A program made the position numbers and the translations under genes. DNA of 64,000 bases from the human T2T-CHM13v2.0 reference genome, Homo sapiens: assembly GCF_009914755.1 (NCBI RefSeq), contig NC_060936.1; one strand, written 5' to 3'. The notes under the pieces were generated by a model. That model was not told the DNA's origin. It saw nothing but the letters and a program-made list of their open reading frames with translations, and ran no database searches. Position 1 is the stretch's first letter, and the number at the start of each line of letters is the position of its first letter. Positions 50,644 to 64,000 of the stretch are shown piece by piece.

Positions 50644-51289
50644 CTGAAAGGCAAGGTGGGGCAGGTGAGGAAGGGGACATCAGGAGGGACTTGCTGGTTG
50701 CTTTGACCTGGAAGTCCTGAGTCTGTACAGAACCTCAGTAGCTCACTCACATAACTCCATATGAGCCAGCGAGCTTTGGGTACCCATCCTGCTGCTTCAT
50801 AAAGACGGACAGTGACACGTGGGAAGGCAGCTCTGGGTGTCAATCACAAAGGGAGCTCATCCAAGGTGACCTTGACAGCTGATGTATCCCTAACTTTGTG
50901 GACATCATTTCAGGATGGCAAGGAGAAGGATTTTGCTTGTCCCTCTCCCTTCTTCATTCCATGGATCTGGGAACACAGGAGGCCTGTTTCCTAGTAATAC
51001 TCCATGTACCATGAACCCCTGGACAACTTACTGTTCATGACACCTACCAGTGGAAAAAGTAGGAGGTAGGAAGGATAGAGAGGTCCTGTGGGCTTTGGGT
51101 AATAAGTTATTCTGACCCTGGCTAAGACTTTCGGCTTTGAACAATAGCAGCTCAGGACAAACAGAATGATTCGGAAAATAAAGGGAACATAATGACAAAA
51201 ATAATAATACTATTAATAAGGAGAGATAGCATTTATTAAACGCTTACTATGTGCCAAGGACTTTACATGTGGGTTTTTAAAAAATATTA

Positions 51290-56231
<4,942 letters not shown>

Positions 56232-56389
56232 TGTTTTATTATTTATTCACCAAAAATATATTGAGAGCTCACAGAAGGAGATGGACAGGGCCTCTTTTGA
56301 CTTCTGAGATGTCTGGATGGTAACTCCCCTTTAACAGTGCTCATGAGTCTTGGTCTTGCCCAGCTGCCTGGAATAATCTCAGTTTAGAT

Positions 56390-56610
56390 CAGAGTTTCTC
56401 TACTTCCCCACTACTGGTATTTTGGGCCTGATAATTTCTTGTTGCCAGGACTGTCTTGTGCGTTGGAGGATGTTTGAGCAGCATTCCTGGCCTCTGCACA
56501 CTAGATGCCAGTAGCACCCCTATCCCCAAAATTGTCACAACCAAAAAAATGCTTCCAGATATTGCAAAGTGCCCCCTGGGAGGCAAAATTGTACTCCTAA
56601 CCATTGAGAG
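56390..56610 (-). mobile_element. MER20
   Basis: cactagatgccagtagcacc...ccagatattgcaaagtgccccctggg. Confidence 0.75.
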
Positions 56611-56940
56611 GCACTCTCAGTGGTTTAGATGTGGCTGAGCATCTCAACGCAATGCTTCCAAGTTCCTCCCCATCCTTGCTCTATGCTCACCCAAGGATCT
56701 GCAAGGACTTATTTACCAGCTGTCCCTTGTTCCCAGATGTAATTGAGGAGCTCGCCTTCACTAAATGGCCCTCACCCACCCCTCTCAGGTGTCCTTCTCC
56801 CTCTGGAAAAGCCATCCCCCAATGAGCTTGGCATTGTGGTGGCCAGTGTGGCCAGGGCTATCAGGTGGTCACATTTGGTGGTTCTCAAACTCCAGGGTGC
56901 ATCCAAATCAACTGAGAGGCTTGCTAAAGTTCAGATTCCT

Positions 56941-57235
<295 letters not shown>

Positions 57236-58117
57236 CCTCAGATTTCTGAGCTCTCCTCCTAGAGAGTTTGAGTAGTGGGTCTAGGAGGGAACCCTAGCAT
57301 CTGCATCATCAGAAGCACCCCAGGTGGTCCATGGACACACTGGGAGACCCATTTCCCTGGGAACTCTCTGGCCCAGGCTCTAGCAGTAGGCAGCAAGGTT
57401 CCTTCTGGGTTAGAGATGTCAGCCTTTCCTTTCTTCACTCCCATCCTCCTATAAGGCCAGGTGTGGAGCTCTGCCTCCCTCCTGGCAAGCATTTTCTATG
57501 CTTTCTGGCAAGAGCAAAACTAAACCCTTTTTTCTTCCACTTCACTAGCTGGATGATCATACCCAAGCCAAAAGTTGCTCTTGCATCTCTAAACCTTCTG
57601 AGAATCTTTGCCAGATCCTTCCAACTGAGGCTTCCTAAGAACCAGGTTCCCCGACCTCTTGCACGGAAGGAAAAGGGGTCCTGGGCTTGATTCCCCAGGA
57701 AGTTTGAAGGTGGGTCGATTGGCCCGTTGCTGACCACTTATGGACCCCGAGGACCTGAGAGGGGAGCAGGTGGGCCAAGCCTGTGTGCTGGGCACAGGGA
57801 GGCGGGGGCTGCTGCCTGTTCCGGCCAACCAGACAAGGAGGCCGCCGAGGAGCAGCTGGTGCTGGCAGGAGGCCCTGACCACATTTTTCAGCAGACACTC
57901 CACTCTCTCTGACTCCTGCTTCTCCTGGCCCTGCATGCTCCAACAGCCTTGGTTTCTGCCTCCACCTGGGCTGGAATGCTGGGAGCTGAGTTAAAGTAGG
58001 AAGACTTGGAGGCTGTGGAGGCTGGGTCTGGGGTCTCTGCAAAGCTTTTCTTCTAGATTTCATCATGCTTGGAGTGGGAGGAGTGGGAAGTTCTTGTTAA
58101 ACAGAAAAGTATGCTTT

Positions 58118-58400
58118 ATTATTATTATTATTTTTAGAGACAAGGTCTCTAAAGTACAGTGGCATGATCATAGCTCAATGCAGCCTCGAACTTCTGGGCT
58201 CAAGTGATCCTTCTGTCTCAGTTTCCTGAGTAGTAGGGATTATAGGCATGCACCACCATCCCTGACTAGTTTTTAAAATTTTTTGTAGAGATGGGGTCTT
58301 GCTCTGTTGCCCAGGCTGGTTTTAAACTCCTTGGCTTAAGCAATCCTCCTGCCTTGGCCTCCCAGTGCTGGGATTACAGGCGTGAGCCCCCACACCTGGC
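58118..58400 (-). mobile_element. AluJ
   Basis: Alu consensus; TSD AAAAGTATGCTTT. Confidence 0.9.
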
Positions 58401-59189
58401 CAAAAGTATGCTTTCAAGAGGAGGAATTCTACCATGAATGCCGCAGCTGGGAAGTGAGGAGAGGGCCTTTGGGCTCTGTCACAATTGTGACTTAATTGCT
58501 AATATCACCAAAGCTGGGCAGGATTCTCAAACTCATATGTCTGCAGAAGACAGGCTAGTGAGGTCAATGTGTGGACTGGGCTGTTTGGATGCTGGAGGAT
58601 GAGAGACCCCGCAGTGGCCCCTTCCCAGCTCCTGCCACTGGTTGCCTCACAAAGATGTAGATTCTGTGTTAACAGTTCTGTGGATTTTTTTTTAAGAGGT
58701 TGGAAACTTGATTTTGCCGCAAATTCACATTTCTAGAAAACTGCAGGCCAAATAAAATTCATGGGAAAACTGTGTGTGGTCCTCAACCTTGTTTGCAACC
58801 CTTGCCCTAAAAGGATGTTTTGAGTTCCTCTCTTTGGAGGAATGTTCCAGAGAGGTGGAATGGGGTAGTTCCTACGATCCAGGTGTGGCCTGGCCTGTGA
58901 TGAGCGTGCCAGCCACTGGCCCTCACAAGGAACCTGAACACTAGTTCTAGGAGAAACCTTAAGGCTCACCTGGTCCACATCTCATTTGTAAAGATGGGGA
59001 AACTGATGCCCAAAGAAGTCAAAGGGCTTTCCTAAAGTACGTAGCTGGTGAGAGGTAAAGTGGAAGGAGGGGCTAGAAGCAAGGTCAGTGGACTTAGTCC
59101 AGTGAGACCTCATAGGGATGGCAACAGAGACAGCCATTGGTTAGCCCAGGGCCGGGCCACAGCATTGCTCAATGGCATTGGTTAGATGA

Positions 59190-59688
59190 GTGTGGTAGGC
59201 TGAATAACAGCCCAAGGATCTCAGGTCCTAAACCCTTGAACCTGTATATGTTTCCTTAGATGGAGAAAGGGTCTCTGCAGATATGATGGGATGTTAAAGA
59301 TCTTGTGATGAGCAGATTCCCTGGGGTTATCTCCGTGGGCCAATTTAATCATGTGTCTTGATAAGAGGGCTACAGAGGGAGCTCTGACTACAGAAGGGAT
59401 GTCACCACGGAAGCAAGATGCTCTGCTCCTGGCTTTGAAAATGGAGGAAGGGACCACAAGCTAAAGGATGCAAGGAATGCAGCTTTAGACCCTGGAAGAG
59501 GCAAGGAAATGAGTTCTCTTCAAGAGCCTCCAGGAAAGAAGACAGTCCTGCTGATACCTTGATTTGATATCAGCCCACTGAGACCACTTCAGACTTAAGA
59601 CCGTCAGAATGATAAGGGAATAAAGGTGTATTGCTTTCAGCCACCAAGTGTGGGGTGATTTGTTATGCAGCCATAGGAAGCTGATACA
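59190..59688 (+). mobile_element. MLT1D-like LTR
   Basis: tgtggtaggctgaataa...gcagccataggaagctgataca. Confidence 0.75.
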
Positions 59689-60059
59689 ATGAATGAATGG
59701 GGGCGGGGACAGGGATGACAGTAGGGTGGTTGATGGGCCCACCCATGTGTCCAGCCTCACTGCCCACCACTCTCCCTCCACTCACTATGCTCAAGCCCCT
59801 CGAGCTTTCTGTCCTTTGCACGTCCCAACCCTGTTCCTGTCTCAGGGCCTTTGCTCCTGCTGTGTCTTCTGCTAGGAACACCCTTCCCTAGATGTCACAT
59901 GGTTGGTATCTTCTGGCCTCAGTACAAATGTTGTCTTTTCAGAAAGCCCCTTCCTGACCCCCCTATCTAATGCTCTACCAAACCCCAAGCCCCTTTTCTT
60001 CAAATCACTGTTTTATTTCCTTCACAGCATGTACCACTATCTAAGATGATTGCATGTGT

Positions 60060-60389
<330 letters not shown>

Positions 60390-60518
60390 TGATTCTCCAA
60401 GGGCAGAGGTTCACCATGGAATTCCCAGGGCTGAGTACAGTGTCAGGGGCAGAATGGATGCTCATGGAACATTCATTCCATGAAAGGCGGTGAGAAGCCC
60501 CCTGGTTACCCATCATTT

Positions 60519-62200
60519 TTGGTGGGCGGGCAGGCTTATCCCATGGCTCTTCCTCAGAATAAAGGGCTGGGTACCCACCTGGCAAGACGGCAGGGACACA
60601 GATGGGGAGAGGGTACAAAGCGAGAGTAATCCCCAGGAAGGGTGGATGGGGAGCTGCTTACGTTCAAGTGGGCAAGATCAGAATAAAAGGTGGAAATTCA
60701 GGTTGAAGGCTAAGTTACTGGGCTTAGTTCCTTAATTGAAATATGCCCCAGCAGAGGGATTCCAAGCTCTGAGATACATCAAGTGTGGTCTGGGAGGAGT
60801 GCTTCTGACTCAGACAGTCCTGGAATCAATACTGCCATTGGTCATGCTGAGGTCAGTTCTAATGGAGAATTCTAACTAGCGTGAGTCCTCGAAGCAAAAA
60901 CCGAGCCAGTCCTCTTCCCTGCTGTAGAGAAAGCCATGGGGGAACAGAATCCTTCCTTCCTTCCCTCCCTCCCTCCTTCCTTCCCTCCCTCTCTCCTTCC
61001 TTCCCTCCCTCTCTCCTTCCTTCCCTCCTTCTCTCCTTCCTTCCCTCCCTCTCTCCTTCCTTCCCTCCCTCTCTCCTTCCTTTCCTCCTTCTCTCCTTCC
61101 TTCCCTCCTTCCTTCCCTCCCTCCCTCCCTTTCTCTCTTCTTCCTTCCCTCCCTCTCTCCTCCCTTCCCCTTTTCCTTCCTTCCCTCTCTTTTTCCTTCC
61201 TTCCCTCCCTCCTTCCTTCTTTTTCCTTCCTTCTCTCCTTTCTTCCCTCTCTCCTTCCTTCCCTCCCTCTTTCCTTCCTTCCCTTCCTCCCTCCTTCCTT
61301 CCCTCCCTCCTTTCCCTTCCTCTTTCCTTTCTTCCTTCCCTCCTTCCTTCCCTCCCTCTGTCCCTCCTCTTCCTTCCCTCCTTCCTTCCCTCCCTCCTTC
61401 CATCCTTCCTTCTGTCCCTCCTCCCCTCCCTCGTTCGTTCTCTCTTCTTTCCCTTCCTCCTTCCTTCCCTCCTCCCTTTCCTCACTCCTGCTTTCCCTCC
61501 ATCCTTCTTCCCTTCCTTTCTCCCTTCCCTCCTTCCTTTCCTCTCTCCTTCTTCCCTCCCTCCTTCCCCTCCTCCTTCCTTCCCTCTCTCCTTCTTTCCT
61601 TCCTTCCCTGTCCCTCCTCCCCTCCCTCCCTCTTTTCTTCTTTCCCTCCCTCCTTCCTTTCTTCCTTCCTACCCTCTCTCATTCCTTTCCTCCCTCCCTG
61701 CTTCCCTCCCTCCTTCCGTCCCTGCTTCCTTTCTTCCTTCCTTCCTTCCCTCCTTCTTTCCTTTCATCTCTCCTTCCCTCTTTCCTCCCTTCCCTCCCCA
61801 CTTCCTTCCCTCCCTCCTTCCTTCCCTCTCTCCTTCCTTTCTTCCTTCCTTCCCTCCTTCCCTCCCTTCCTCCTTCCCTCCTTCCCTCCTTCCTTGCTTC
61901 CCTCCTTACTCCCTCCCTCCCTCCTTCTTTCATGCATTCTTCCTTGCCTCCCTCCCTCCCTCCCTCCTCTAAGGCCTACCCTGGGGTCAAGCTTGGAACT
62001 AAATGATGGGGATTCAGAGAAGAATGGAATGTGGTGCTTAAATGGTGAGACCATGGGTGGGAACCAGCCTTGGATGAAGGATGGGCTTTTTCATCCCATC
62101 CTTCACCCTCTCTCCATCTGTGCCCCTGCCGTGTTGTCAGGTGGGTACCCAGCCTTTTATTCTGAGGAAGAGCCATGGGATAAGCCTGCCCGCCCACCAA
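60519..62200. repeat. 96-bp inverted repeat (arms 60519-60614 and 62105-62200)
   Basis: Manual alignment: 91/96 identical, no gaps. Confidence 0.95.
60950..61970. repeat. 1-kb (CCTT/CCCT)n polypyrimidine tract
   Basis: Almost purine-free on the + strand. Confidence 0.97.
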
Positions 62201-62832
62201 GGTTGCAGTGAAGAAGAAAGGGCATGAGGACCACAGAGCAAATGAAGGGGCCCTTCCATAAATGGGGGAGTCCCTCCTGTTGCTTGAATGAAGCTAGGTC
62301 TTGGGCATCTCAATGTCAGGCATCCCTCAGGGTGACCTGCATTCGCTACAACAGGCCAGGGGCACCTTCTTTAGTAGATGACACCCAAGGCCTCAGTTTC
62401 CCTTTCAGACTCTGAGAAAATATTCCAGTGTCCTAAAAAATGTGATGGCTAGAAGCCAAGTGCACTGTGGCCAACAATGCAATCCAGAAAGTCAGTAGAG
62501 GCCAAGAGTACGAATTTGGGGTCAAGTCCTGGCTTTGCTACTTGCTAGCTGTGTGATCTGGGACAAGTGACCATACCTCTCTGAGCCCTGGTTTCGCCAT
62601 CAGGAAAACAAAGTGCTGTGCAGAGAAAACCAATTAATTGACATAGAGACTGTAGCATGGAGCCAGGCTCACTTCTAGTGCTCCATAGAGATTGACCAGA
62701 CTCATAATTATAAAACGTAGGCTTGCCACAGAAGGAGCTTTCTTCTCTGCCTCCGACAACTGAGCTGATTCTCTGGGGTTGAAATTGACTTCCATTCCTC
62801 CAGCCATATTCTCTTGCCTAGTGTCCCTTTAA

Positions 62833-63133
<301 letters not shown>

Positions 63134-63506
63134 TGTCTCTTTAGTTCTAGACACTCACTATGAGGCTTCTAGGTAGAACCAGGAGAGCATCCTGTGGCCA
63201 GTGCTGTGTGACCCTGGGTAAGTCTTTTACCTCTCTGAGCCTCGCCCTCATCTATGAAAGTAGGCTGAAACTACACATCCTACTTACGGGGCAGAATTCA
63301 GACACTCTCGGAAGAGGTTGACAACTATTTGTAAGTGACCAAGTGCTCTACAAGAGGGAGGGGTTATCAGAGCAGGGCGAGGCTGACCTGCTGGTCCAGA
63401 TGGACACTGGATCGGGGACCTTGGCCTCTTTGGAACCCTCCTTCAGGGCAGCAAGCTGAGTAACCTGGATATTCTCTTACACGCAGCATTTTAAAGTGAC
63501 CGCTCC

Positions 63507-63806
<300 letters not shown>

Positions 63807-64000
63807 GTGACTGCTCCCAAGTACAGAAGGTGCTGAAACTTTGGGATTCACTATCTGCCTTCCCCAAACCCCCTCGTATTGCTGCCACTGCCTGCTGGAG
63901 CCACCTTCCTCCTGGGATGAAGGGATAAGACTGTCTTTAGAGTAAACATCACTTCTCCTCGCACGTAAGTGCCACCATCCTGAAACTACAGGGACGTCCC

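Noticed and set aside
50644-50843. In-frame open extension of exon 3 into intron 2
   Set aside because: Starts at TTG, has no ATG and runs through the polypyrimidine tract; an open frame of this length is expected by chance.
57435-58066. Overlapping GC-rich ORFs of 100-143 aa
   Set aside because: No recognisable domain, no ATG/splice support; typical GC-rich intron noise.
60859-62054. Long ORFs of 175-363 aa on both strands
   Set aside because: Artefacts of the stop-free CCTT/GGAA tract; low-complexity translations.

Overview
Human genomic DNA covering the interior of NOS1 (neuronal nitric oxide synthase) on the minus strand. Eleven coding exons (3-13 in standard numbering; 1497 nt, about residues 242-741) splice in frame. 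They encode the whole oxygenase domain (zinc-binding CxxxxC, heme-thiolate Cys, substrate Glu, pterin Trp) and the start of the calmodulin-binding helix. The introns are dense in Alu, L1, MIR/L2, LTR and DNA-transposon relics. Most notable: (1) exon 5 uses a GC donor although a perfect GT donor lies 31 nt downstream; the +1 frame of exons 4-5 is stop-free, so the GT donor would return a strong-Kozak exon-4 AUG, or a 56-nt MIR-derived cassette exon, to the NOS1 frame (candidate dual-coding, splice-controlled frame switch); (2) a 96-bp, 95%-identical non-Alu inverted repeat encloses a 1-kb polypurine/polypyrimidine tract in intron 2; (3) three fold-back templated insertions cluster in intron 9; (4) there is a local duplication with independent Alu hits, plus several nested transposons with intact target-site duplications (TSDs). 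Repeat subfamily names, exon numbering and literature links are from recognition and memory, not from searches. Repeat boundaries are approximate.
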